From the IMG/VR virus record IMGVR_UViG_3300001726_000074, positions 1 through 38,623 of that record: DNA of 38,623 nt. One strand, 5' to 3'. The notes under the pieces are model-generated. The model saw only the letters and a list, made by a program, of their open reading frames with translations, ran no database searches and had not been told where the DNA came from. Source of the DNA: a virus (lineage: Duplodnaviria; Caudoviricetes). Shown piece after piece: positions 27,286 through 34,723 of this stretch. The position numbers and the translations under genes were made by a program. The number at the start of each line of letters is the position of its first letter. Position 1 is the stretch's first letter.

Positions 27286-28100
27286 GCCGCCACCTGTAAG
27301 TTGGAACCAGCCAAGGGCCGAGTGGCTTGCACTGATAGGGTGGGCTGGTTCCACGCGACCCAAAGGTCACGAACGAGAGCCTTGGTCATAACGCGCATCG
27401 CATCATTGTGAGAGTGGCCTTTGGACCAGTCTGGATGCGTTACAGCGGTATGCTCCCTACGCGCGGTGTAGACCACGCCGTAGCGGCTTTTTTTCTTGTG
27501 TTGGATCATGGGGGCGGTGACGTTCCCAAACACACGCCCTAGACGACTTGGCGCATATCCCAGTGCCGTCCATTCATCCTTGGACAGACCGCCTTCCCGT
27601 CGCCATTGGCTTGCCGCCTTCCCGTTCAAGGGCGCAAGACCTAAGCGCTTCCAGACGTGGCGATGGTTTGGGTAGTCAGACAGGCCGCCGCCATTCTCGC
27701 CAAGACCGACTTCTGCAATCAGGCAAGCAAGGCCCTTCTCTCCCAAACCCGGAACGTCCTTCATGAATTGATAGACAGGGAGTGTCCGAACGAGCGGGAT
27801 AATTTCCTGCTTGTCGATTTCCTTCATGGTGTCAACCAAGGGCTTTTGAAGCATAAGCAGGGGAACAATGAACAGCGCGGCTTGGCTTTCCTGTACACCG
27901 GACTCGCCTTTGCGAACCCGTGCCGCAAGGGTCTGGGCTTTCTTTGCCTGCGCCTCTCCCTCTAGGTCAGGGAAAAACTGCCGACACGTCGCAGCGATGC
28001 GATTGTCCAGAGCAACCTTTTCCTTTTCCCAGACACAGCGACGACGCCAGTGAAACACCAGTTCGTGCAATGTCAGATCAATGTCACCGTCTCTTGGCAT
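27282..28100 (-). CDS. IS110-related Nop-domain RNA-guided DNA-binding protein without a nuclease domain (TIGR-associated, TasA-like)
   Basis: Coiled coil (KVALDNRI), then VPGLGEKGLACLIAEVG, WKRLGLAP, Y..Y..RR and HSHNDAMRVMTKALVRDLW; no RuvC/DEDD or HNH N-domain; no IS110 catalytic SG after GLAP; AAGGAG RBS; adjacent guide array. Confidence 0.85.
   Translation of the reverse strand: MPRDGDIDLTLHELVFHWRRRCVWEKEKVALDNRIAATCRQFFPDLEGEAQAKKAQTLAARVRKGESGVQESQAALFIVPLLMLQKPLVDTMKEIDKQEIIPLVRTLPVYQFMKDVPGLGEKGLACLIAEVGLGENGGGLSDYPNHRHVWKRLGLAPLNGKAASQWRREGGLSKDEWTALGYAPSRLGRVFGNVTAPMIQHKKKSRYGVVYTARREHTAVTHPDWSKGHSHNDAMRVMTKALVRDLWVAWNQPTLSVQATRPLAGSNLQVAA
27302..27353 (-). ncRNA. Fourth TIGR-like guide unit embedded in the tas 3' coding end
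   Basis: Minus strand TGGAACCA-GCCCA-ccctatcag-TGCAAGCCA-ctcggccct-TGGC-TGGTTCCA; same geometry as the array. Confidence 0.8.
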
Positions 28101-28116
28101 CGTCTTCTCCTTTTAT

Positions 28117-28305
28117 CGCGGCCAATGGGGATGTGGCTTTCATTTCTGCGATGGGCCGCGCCGCCGTAGCGGAATGTTTGGGGTGCCAAATACTGGATGG
28201 CTTTCACTCCCAAGCTGGGCACCCCATCCCTTTCGGGAAATTCGACCTGCCATTCTTAGGCTGGCTTTCAAACATTTTCTGGGCAGGTCAGCACATTTCG
28301 GTGCT
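28117..28305 (-). repeat. TIGR-like stem-loop guide RNA array, 3 units, 64-nt period
   Basis: Units at 28244-28289, 28179-28226 and 28117-28160, each stem-GCCCA-N9-TGAAAGCCA-N9-TGGC-stem with unique spacers and covarying stems. Confidence 0.9.
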
Positions 28306-28819
28306 ATTCGGTTTCAACCTTCTGTTTAAGTTCTTCCAACTGAGCCTCGTTGTAGCGAGTGCCCACTGTGTCATTGTCCTGCATGCCGCCTGCGATCAGA
28401 CCCAACCACTTCTCACGGATCGAATAGGTCTTGGCATAGACGCGGTAATAATCTGCCGCCCCAAGAACGTCGGATTTCGTGGCTGATTGAAGTTCGCGCC
28501 CAGTGTTGGGCAGGCGGCTTTCCAGCAATTGGAAGCGCTTAACAGCCCCTTCATGCACACGTTGCAGGTTCATCTTTTGCTTGGATGGTTCGGCAGATGT
28601 TGCGCCGCTGGGCCATGCTGGATCTCTCCTGTCATTGCCGAAACACCTCCGCACAAGGGCAGAAGCGATGCTCGGGAGATGGGTGTTGATCAATTCATCC
28701 ATAAGGGATTGTTCTGCCTTCAACCGCGCGATAAGGGCATCGCGGGCGACTTCAATAGAATCCGATCCATCGGCGCACTCTCTCGCTGCTTTCAACAATG
28801 CTGATTGTCTATCTGACAT
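28304..28819 (-). CDS. Hypothetical helical protein immediately upstream of the guide array (candidate accessory factor)
   Basis: 171 aa, AGGAG RBS, stop codon abuts the first hairpin of the array. Confidence 0.75.
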   Translation of the reverse strand: MSDRQSALLKAARECADGSDSIEVARDALIARLKAEQSLMDELINTHLPSIASALVRRCFGNDRRDPAWPSGATSAEPSKQKMNLQRVHEGAVKRFQLLESRLPNTGRELQSATKSDVLGAADYYRVYAKTYSIREKWLGLIAGGMQDNDTVGTRYNEAQLEELKQKVETE

Positions 28820-28830
28820 ATCAAACTCCT

Positions 28831-28995
28831 AAAAAAGCGCCGGGGACATTTGCGCCCCCGGCAGTTTCAGGGAGGAAACGCCCGATAGGGCCTCGGTACA
28901 GGCCGGAGCCTGAATAGGTGGGAGCGCGCATCTGGCAGGATGACGGGACCGCGCTCCCGACGCGCGGAGAACAGGGAATTACCCGCGCGTGTCTC
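28831..28995 (-). ncRNA. Structured intergenic RNA with an anti-SD CCUCCC hairpin, ending in an intrinsic terminator
   Basis: GC-rich hairpins, GTTTCCTCCCTGAAAC (28864-28879), then GCCGGGG...CCCCGGC-GC-TTTTTT. Confidence 0.55.
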
Positions 28996-28996
28996 A

Positions 28997-29485
28997 TTAG
29001 ATTTTCCCTTCGCAAACGAGGGTGACGCAGCCTTGCTTTGCCGCCTCGCGTACATGCTTGATTTCATCCATAAGGGACCGGCACGACTTCTCTATGTCGT
29101 CCAGTTCATACCGGGTGATCGTCGCGCCACCCGGCCCTTCTGGATGCAATGCGCTTTTGACCGCATCGACCACGCGACCAAGGGCAGCGGGCAGATCCAT
29201 GATTTCATCATGCAAGGGACCAACAGCGGGAGGCGGCGCAATCATCGCCCGCGTCATCATCATCGCCGCAAGTGGCGTGTCGCCCTTAACCTGATAATAC
29301 AGCCGATCTAGGACAGCGGCCTGCGATACGGTCGGCAGATGCTTCCGATCAGGGTCCATCCAGGCGTAAACCGATGAGGCGCTGACCTCTACATGGGCCG
29401 CGATGTATTCGACCCTCACAACGTCGGCAATCCGCGTCACGACGCTGGCGAAAGTCTCAGGAGGCCGGGGCTTGATCGTTGTCAT
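28997..29485 (-). CDS. CII-like regulatory protein
   Basis: N-terminal HTH (IAAHVEVSASSVYAWMDPD), helical C-terminus (ITRYELDDIEK); position after cro. Confidence 0.65.
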   Translation of the reverse strand: MTTIKPRPPETFASVVTRIADVVRVEYIAAHVEVSASSVYAWMDPDRKHLPTVSQAAVLDRLYYQVKGDTPLAAMMMTRAMIAPPPAVGPLHDEIMDLPAALGRVVDAVKSALHPEGPGGATITRYELDDIEKSCRSLMDEIKHVREAAKQGCVTLVCEGKI

Positions 29486-29588
29486 CGTGTAAATTTCCCT
29501 ATTCGTTGTACTGGCGTTGCCTTTTGATCGGCGTCATCTTGAGGCCATGAAAAGACCTGTTCACATATCGACGCCACTGAAGGCTGTG

Positions 29589-29780
29589 CTACGCCGCCTC
29601 TTGCGCATCCAATCGCGCAAGTTGCTCAAACGTAAAGTCAGAGGACCTAACGATGATCGCCCAATGCTTTGAGGGAACGCCGTTCTGTCGCCACTTGCGA
29701 ACAGCGGATGCTTTAATGCCGCATAACGCAGCCGCAGCATCGACGCCACCAAGGGCCATGATTATTGTGTTTGCATCCAT
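29589..29780 (-). CDS. cro: Cro-like repressor
   Basis: IIMALGGVDAAAALCGIKASAVRKWRQNGVP HTH; divergent from cI. Confidence 0.8.
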   Translation of the reverse strand: MDANTIIMALGGVDAAAALCGIKASAVRKWRQNGVPSKHWAIIVRSSDFTFEQLARLDAQEAA

Positions 29781-29782
29781 AA

Positions 29783-29832
29783 ATGCGAATTTAATGGAAT
29801 TTGTTTCGCGTTTCAAGCAAAATAATTCGCGC
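29783..29832. promoter_or_regulatory. OR operators and PR promoter
   Basis: Three GCGAA(T/A)-type sites; minus strand TTGAAA-N17-TAAATT ending 7 nt before the cro ATG. Confidence 0.7.
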
Positions 29833-29867
29833 GCATTCTTGGCAGATATGTGATGAATATCCGCCCC

Positions 29868-30554
29868 ATGAACACATGGCACCTAAGACTCGTGGATAAA
29901 ATGACTGAAAAGGGCTGGTCTGCCGTTGATATGGCGACCCGAACCGGCATTCAGGCCACGCTTATCCGCAAGTACATGGCGGGAGAAGTAGATTCACCGC
30001 GAGGTGACACTATTCCCAAGCTGGCGGATGCCTTGAAAGTGTCGGAAATATGGCTCAGGCATGGGGTTGAACAGGGATTGTTAGAGGGTGTGCGCCCTAA
30101 TCGCGCCCCTACATTGCCTCAACAAGAGCAAGAAATAGATCCGAAACAATGGCCCAAAGATATTCCTGTAGCAGGAACCGCAGCCGGTTCCTCTGAGGGC
30201 TCGTTCCAGTTTACAGACAGCACCATTGAACATTTGCGCAGACCGCCAACACTCATGGGGAAGGCCGTGTACGCTCTATATATTGAAAACGACAGTATGG
30301 CTCCGAGATACTTTCCAGGTGAGGTCGTGTTTGTTGACCAGAACCGCCCGCCCCGCCCCGGTGACTATGTAATAGTGCAGACCAAGGCCAGCGAGACGGA
30401 AGATGCGCGGGCGCTCTGCAAACGGCTTGTACGTCGCACCGAACGCGCCCTTATCCTGCAACAACACAACCCCGAATCTGAAATTGAAATAGACACAAGC
30501 CACGTGCTTTGTATTCACCGAGTTATTCCGTGGGAAGAAGTGCATAGTTTCTAG
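29868..30554 (+). CDS. cI: CI-like repressor (HTH plus S24 autopeptidase)
   Basis: N-terminal HTH, AAG cleavage site, NDSMAP catalytic Ser, CKRL catalytic Lys; start could be 29850-29868. Confidence 0.92.
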   Translation: MNTWHLRLVDKMTEKGWSAVDMATRTGIQATLIRKYMAGEVDSPRGDTIPKLADALKVSEIWLRHGVEQGLLEGVRPNRAPTLPQQEQEIDPKQWPKDIPVAGTAAGSSEGSFQFTDSTIEHLRRPPTLMGKAVYALYIENDSMAPRYFPGEVVFVDQNRPPRPGDYVIVQTKASETEDARALCKRLVRRTERALILQQHNPESEIEIDTSHVLCIHRVIPWEEVHSF

Positions 30555-30576
30555 GCTAAAAAATTTTGCCTGCATA

Positions 30577-30620
30577 TGCGAATTTTATTCTTGTAAATTC
30601 TCTAAACGCGAATTATATTC
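30577..30620 (+). promoter_or_regulatory. OL operators and PL promoter
   Basis: GCGAATTTTATTC and GCGAATTATATTC; TTGTAA-N17-TATATT (30591-30619). Confidence 0.7.
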
Positions 30621-30628
30621 TCTCTATC

Positions 30629-30808
30629 AACACATGGAGAGAGACATGCAAAACGCTTATTTCGCAAAACGCAAAGCCCGCAAAGAACGCCTTCAGGAAA
30701 TCTTCCGGTGGCGCGAGTTAGGAATGATCGGTGATGCGGAATATCACCGTCTTGTTGTCTCTACCCTCTCATAACCCCCATCGCCCGAACACATGGAGAG
30801 AGACATGC
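30629..30808 (+). repeat. 21-bp direct repeat AACACATGGAGAGAGACATGC
   Basis: Exact copies at 30629-30649 and 30788-30808, each holding the RBS and ATG of a small ORF. Confidence 0.85.
30646..30774 (+). CDS. Small Arg/Lys-rich protein, first gene of the PL operon
   Basis: 42 aa, MQNAYFAKRKARKERLQEIF...; GGAG RBS. Confidence 0.6.
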   Translation: MQNAYFAKRKARKERLQEIFRWRELGMIGDAEYHRLVVSTLS

Positions 30809-31035
30809 CTAAGTTAAAGCAGCCTTGGTGTAACAGCGTTGTAATGCATGACGATTGGGGAAACTCAATTCAGGTCAGTGAGTGCGATACACCAGACGAA
30901 GCGCGCAAGGTCGCAAGATCGATGGCGCGGGATGTCGCAGCCGCAAAATGTAACGAGGGCCGCGCCGTTCAGTTTGTGGCGTTACATTGCGGTCGGCCTA
31001 TTGCCAAATTCCCGGTGATTTTTGCGACCATCTAA
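30805..31035 (+). CDS. Small hypothetical protein
   Basis: 76 aa from MPKLKQ; GGAG RBS in the repeat. Confidence 0.6.
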   Translation: MPKLKQPWCNSVVMHDDWGNSIQVSECDTPDEARKVARSMARDVAAAKCNEGRAVQFVALHCGRPIAKFPVIFATI

Positions 31036-31097
31036 CCCCCACCCCATCGGCCTGTAGGCCCCATTGCCTCGGCTCTCTGAGTGGCGGGGCTTTCGGG

Positions 31098-31253
31098 GTG
31101 CAAGAGCGGCGTGGAAAGCAGACACGCAGGATAGAGGGTTGCTCCTTTATTTAGGCCGAAGGACGACGGATTGGCCGCAAAAAGCCAAGACCTATGGAGA
31201 GTGGTGCACACACCCATAGAAAGCCAGCCGGAGTAGCGACCGGCCTCTTGCAC
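31098..31253 (+). ncRNA. tRNA-like structured RNA with a long internal insertion
   Basis: 9-bp closing stem GTGCAAGAG/CTCTTGCAC; D-like arm GCGTG..CACGC; T-like arm GCCGG-AGTAGCGA-CCGGC. Confidence 0.55.
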
Positions 31254-31326
31254 TGGGATTTATCCCCCACTCCCCGGCGCTGGCAACAGTGGGCCGGGGT
31301 TTCGGGTGAAACATAGGAGACGCGAT

Positions 31327-31653
31327 ATGTCAGACACAACATTCAACTTCGCATACCCGATCAAGCACGGCGATTGGATTCTCGCGGAACTCGACTGCAC
31401 GTATGTCTCGCAAGGCAAGCACGACGAGCCGTACTTCCAAATATTCTGCGGAAAATACGAGCCGACCGGGTTTCTGCAGAAGCGGTACGTTACTGGCGAC
31501 ATGGATCTGAACGAAGGCGATTGGTACGAACGCATCAAGGCTTATGTTGAAACAGAACATGGCTTTGAATGCGCCCAGGCTGACAGCGCTTGGGAGGCCA
31601 GTGCGAACATTCAGGCCCGCCGCGATGCTGTTGAACTGAGGGCAGCCGAATGA
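31327..31653 (+). CDS. Hypothetical protein
   Basis: Start MSDTTF with an AGGAG RBS. Confidence 0.65.
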   Translation: MSDTTFNFAYPIKHGDWILAELDCTYVSQGKHDEPYFQIFCGKYEPTGFLQKRYVTGDMDLNEGDWYERIKAYVETEHGFECAQADSAWEASANIQARRDAVELRAAE

Positions 31654-31775
31654 AGCGCGACACCATCGACACCATCATGGATGCGCTGGTCATGGTCCTT
31701 ATGTGCGCTCTGCTGGTCGTGCTGCTGCACCTTGAGCCGTACATGACAGAAGCAATCATCGAATGGAAGGAATAG
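31650..31775 (+). CDS. Small single-TM protein
   Basis: 41 aa, ALVMVLMCALLVVLLHL; ATGA overlap. Confidence 0.5.
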   Translation: MKRDTIDTIMDALVMVLMCALLVVLLHLEPYMTEAIIEWKE

Positions 31776-31815
31776 CAATGACTGATACGAAAGAGACGCT
31801 GGAGGGAGAGCAATC

Positions 31816-32511
31816 ATGGCGATTTTAGAAACAAAATATTCAGTGGGAGATGTGGTGTATTTTGCAACCACGATTTCAACTAAAAAACGCCATTCGTGCC
31901 CGGATTGCTTGGGAACTGGAAAATGGTCCGCGAAGTCACCCGCAGGTGGGGATTTTGAGTTCCGGTGCCCGCGCTGCTCACGGTCTTATATGCAAAATGC
32001 AGAACTATCCTTAGACTATACCTCGTTTGAGCCGATGGTTGAAGTGCGAACCATTGGCAGCGTTCGGGTTGATACAGCACACGGAGAGCACGACTCTCGC
32101 GCCAGCTATATGTGTTTAGAGACTGGAGTCGGAAGCGGCACCGTCTACAACGAGGATCGTCTGATTGAGACAGAGGATGATGCCTTTATTAAGGCTAAAA
32201 CACTTGCTCAGTCACAGAACGAGAAAATCACTTGGGTCGCGGAGCGTTACAACCAAACCCTTGATATCAGTGATTACCAGCTTGAAAGCGCCACATTAAA
32301 GCTATCAGGCGAAATGGTTTCGCGTGCGCGGTCTCGTCTATGGAACCTGAACTATCTTTTCGAAAACATTCGTGAGGCCGACAGCAAGGAAGCAATCCTT
32401 GAGTATGTCGAATGGTTCTCTGAGCATGATTGGGAACAAGACAAAGCGAAGTTCCTAGAGGAATTCCCCGAATCCGCAATCGCAAGGGCGGAGGGTAAGG
32501 CATATGACTGA
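31816..32511 (+). CDS. Hypothetical protein with a DnaJ-type zinc finger
   Basis: TKYSVGDVVY, CPDCLGTG...CPRC. Confidence 0.7.
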   Translation: MAILETKYSVGDVVYFATTISTKKRHSCPDCLGTGKWSAKSPAGGDFEFRCPRCSRSYMQNAELSLDYTSFEPMVEVRTIGSVRVDTAHGEHDSRASYMCLETGVGSGTVYNEDRLIETEDDAFIKAKTLAQSQNEKITWVAERYNQTLDISDYQLESATLKLSGEMVSRARSRLWNLNYLFENIREADSKEAILEYVEWFSEHDWEQDKAKFLEEFPESAIARAEGKAYD

Positions 32512-32872
32512 CACGAAACACACGTTACCAAAAGGCGTATGGATAGAGCATACGCCGGGAGAATGCCCGGTGCCAGATGATACGATGGTGCTAATTGAGT
32601 TAAGGGACGGCTATGCCACCTCTTATTATCACGACGCATCAGGGTGGGTTTGGGGGGAAGATTATGAAGGCACAATAGTGCGTTACATGATTGAGCCCGA
32701 CGACGACGCCCCCGACGAACTCACCCGCCTGCGCGCCCAGAATGCCGCGCTGGTGGATTTCGCAACAATGTTCCTTGGGTGGCGTGAATATAGCTCACAC
32801 GGCGAGTTTCCGTTTATCTGGCTTGCCGAAGCCGCCCGCGCAGCACTCGCACAAGCGGAGTCCGACCAATGA
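32504..32872 (+). CDS. Hypothetical protein
   Basis: WIEHTPGECPV...IELRDG...IVRY motif; ARAALAQAE tail. Confidence 0.65.
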   Translation: MTDTKHTLPKGVWIEHTPGECPVPDDTMVLIELRDGYATSYYHDASGWVWGEDYEGTIVRYMIEPDDDAPDELTRLRAQNAALVDFATMFLGWREYSSHGEFPFIWLAEAARAALAQAESDQ

Positions 32873-33081
32873 CCCAATACCATGGCTGCACATACCGAAA
32901 TGAAGGGACTGACAGCCATCCAATATGGCGTGTTCGAGACAAGCACCGGTCGCATGTTTGCACATGTTGGAGCGAGGTCGAAGCCGCTTTCATGGTTGGG
33001 CTTCTGGATATCGCAACCGAAGAACAGATCAACGCCGCGCGGGATTACTGTCTCGCTGCGTATAGAAAGGAAGTCGCATGA
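32869..33081 (+). CDS. Hypothetical protein
   Basis: 70 aa, ATGA-coupled on both sides. Confidence 0.55.
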   Translation: MTQYHGCTYRNEGTDSHPIWRVRDKHRSHVCTCWSEVEAAFMVGLLDIATEEQINAARDYCLAAYRKEVA

Positions 33082-33794
33082 GCAATATCGGACATAATAA
33101 CCCACCAGCATCGCCGTTTGAACTGGCGACCGAAAGCGTGGATCTGATTTATCTTGAGGCCAAGAACTGGATGGACGGCGAGGCTATCGAGAACCAAGCA
33201 CAGGCCGATGCGGTATCAACGATCCTGGACCAGTTGCGGCAGGTGAAAAAGGGCGTTGATGAAGCCCGCGTGACTGAGAAAAAACCATTCGATGACGCAG
33301 CAAAGGAAGTGCAGGAACGATACAAACCATTGCTGACAAAGTGCGACACGGCGGCGTCTGCCTGTAAATCGACCCTGACGCCCTGGCTGGAAAAGCTGGA
33401 CGCGGAGAAGCGCGCGAAAGAGGCGGCAGCCAAGGCAGAGGCAGAGCGTCTTGCTAAAGAGGCTCAGGACGCCATCGACGCAGCGCGGGGCGGTAATGAC
33501 CTCGAAGCCCTTGAACAGCGTGAAGCAGCTATTGAGGCGGCGAAGAAAGCCGAAGCCAACGCCAGCCGTGCGTCTAAGGACAAAGCCCATGCGTCTGGTG
33601 GTGGCCGTGCTATCGGCCTGCGCACCCGGAAATTCTGCCGCATGACGGATCGGCGCGAAGCCGCACGGTATTTCTGGGAAAAGCACCAGGACCGTTTCGA
33701 CGCGCTGTTGCTGGAGATGGCAGAAGAAGAGCGTAAGTCCGGCAAGTCCGTGATTCCCGGCTTTGTGATTGAGGAAGAAAGGACTGCGGCATGA
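33078..33794 (+). CDS. Coiled-coil recombination-module protein (Gam/gp157-like position)
   Basis: IGHNNPP start, long coiled coil, IPGFVIEEE end; upstream of the annealase. Confidence 0.6.
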   Translation: MSNIGHNNPPASPFELATESVDLIYLEAKNWMDGEAIENQAQADAVSTILDQLRQVKKGVDEARVTEKKPFDDAAKEVQERYKPLLTKCDTAASACKSTLTPWLEKLDAEKRAKEAAAKAEAERLAKEAQDAIDAARGGNDLEALEQREAAIEAAKKAEANASRASKDKAHASGGGRAIGLRTRKFCRMTDRREAARYFWEKHQDRFDALLLEMAEEERKSGKSVIPGFVIEEERTAA

Positions 33795-34444
33795 ACATTG
33801 ACGCACTCAAAGAACACTTCCCAAAAGAAGCTGTTTCCTGGCGCTCCCAAACGATCAGCAGCAACGGTTCCGCTTTGGCGCTGGCGTACATTGACGCTAG
33901 AGACGTGATGAACCGTCTGGATGATGTCTGCGGCCCTGAAAACTGGCAGGACGAATACGACTGCATCAATGGTCGTACTATCTGCAAGATTGGCCTTTTC
34001 ATCAATGATCGATGGGTCTGGAAGTCAGACGGTGCCGGAGATACCCAGGTGGAAGCCGAAAAAGGCGGAATATCTGATGCGTTCAAGCGCGCCGCCGTGA
34101 AGTGGGGTGTCGGGCGATATCTGTATGACCTGCCTGCCGTATGGGTTCCATGCGAGACATACGAAAAGGGCGGAAAGAAACACTTCAAGGCATTCAAGCA
34201 GGATCCGTGGGATTTTGTGAAATCATCTCCTGCGCCGCCCAAGGTGGAGCCGACAAGGGTTGCCGCTGGGCTTGTTGCTGAAATCGGCAGGTGCAACAGC
34301 CAGGAAGAATTGAAAACCTTGCTTGGTCAGGACGCATTCAAATCAGCATTCAACAGCCTTCCGAAAGACCAAAAACAGCGTGTCCTGACAGAGAAGGACC
34401 GGCGCAAGGAACAGGTCGCGACGACCGAAACAATCAACGCATAG
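33791..34444 (+). CDS. sak: Rad52/Rad22-family single-strand annealing protein (Sak)
   Basis: LAYIDARDVMNRLDDVCGPENW, EKGGISDAFKRAAVKWGVGRYLY. Confidence 0.9.
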   Translation: MNIDALKEHFPKEAVSWRSQTISSNGSALALAYIDARDVMNRLDDVCGPENWQDEYDCINGRTICKIGLFINDRWVWKSDGAGDTQVEAEKGGISDAFKRAAVKWGVGRYLYDLPAVWVPCETYEKGGKKHFKAFKQDPWDFVKSSPAPPKVEPTRVAAGLVAEIGRCNSQEELKTLLGQDAFKSAFNSLPKDQKQRVLTEKDRRKEQVATTETINA

Positions 34445-34462
34445 CAGCATAAGGAACACACC

Positions 34463-34714
34463 ATGTCATACAATTATGTGAACAGAACCTACGGAACCAC
34501 CTTTAAGGCTGGGCAGCGCGTCAAATTCACTGAGGACGGACGCTTGGGCACAATCAAAAGCAGGCGCACCGATGACCAGTATGTCGAGGTCAAGTTTGAC
34601 AGCGGCGGTGAAGGCCCGTGCCACCCTGATAGCGTTGATTTGTTGATCGACCAGGAGGCAGAGAATCGAGCAGCAGACCGTCTTGGGGACGCCCTAAGTT
34701 CTATGTTTCGATAG
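34463..34714 (+). CDS. Small SH3/KOW-like hypothetical protein
   Basis: GQRVKF...GTI...YVEVKFD...CHP; AAGGA RBS. Confidence 0.6.
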   Translation: MSYNYVNRTYGTTFKAGQRVKFTEDGRLGTIKSRRTDDQYVEVKFDSGGEGPCHPDSVDLLIDQEAENRAADRLGDALSSMFR

Positions 34715-34723
34715 GAGGCTCAC

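Noticed and set aside
27282-28100. IS110 transposase / insertion sequence
   Set aside because: No N-terminal DEDD RuvC domain and no catalytic Ser motif; the flanking ncRNA is a periodic dual-spacer array rather than a single bridge RNA; the gene is translationally coupled into the operon.
28117-28289. CRISPR array
   Set aside because: Conserved blocks are only 4-9 nt alternating with 9-nt spacers, and there are no cas genes.
28882-28899. Partial match CCGATAGGG-C-CTCGG to guide 4 spacers
   Set aside because: Needs a gap, the swapped order and several mismatches.
30548-30566. Resemblance of guide 1 (swapped order) to the sequence at the cI stop
   Set aside because: About 13/18 in an AT-rich tract; not significant.
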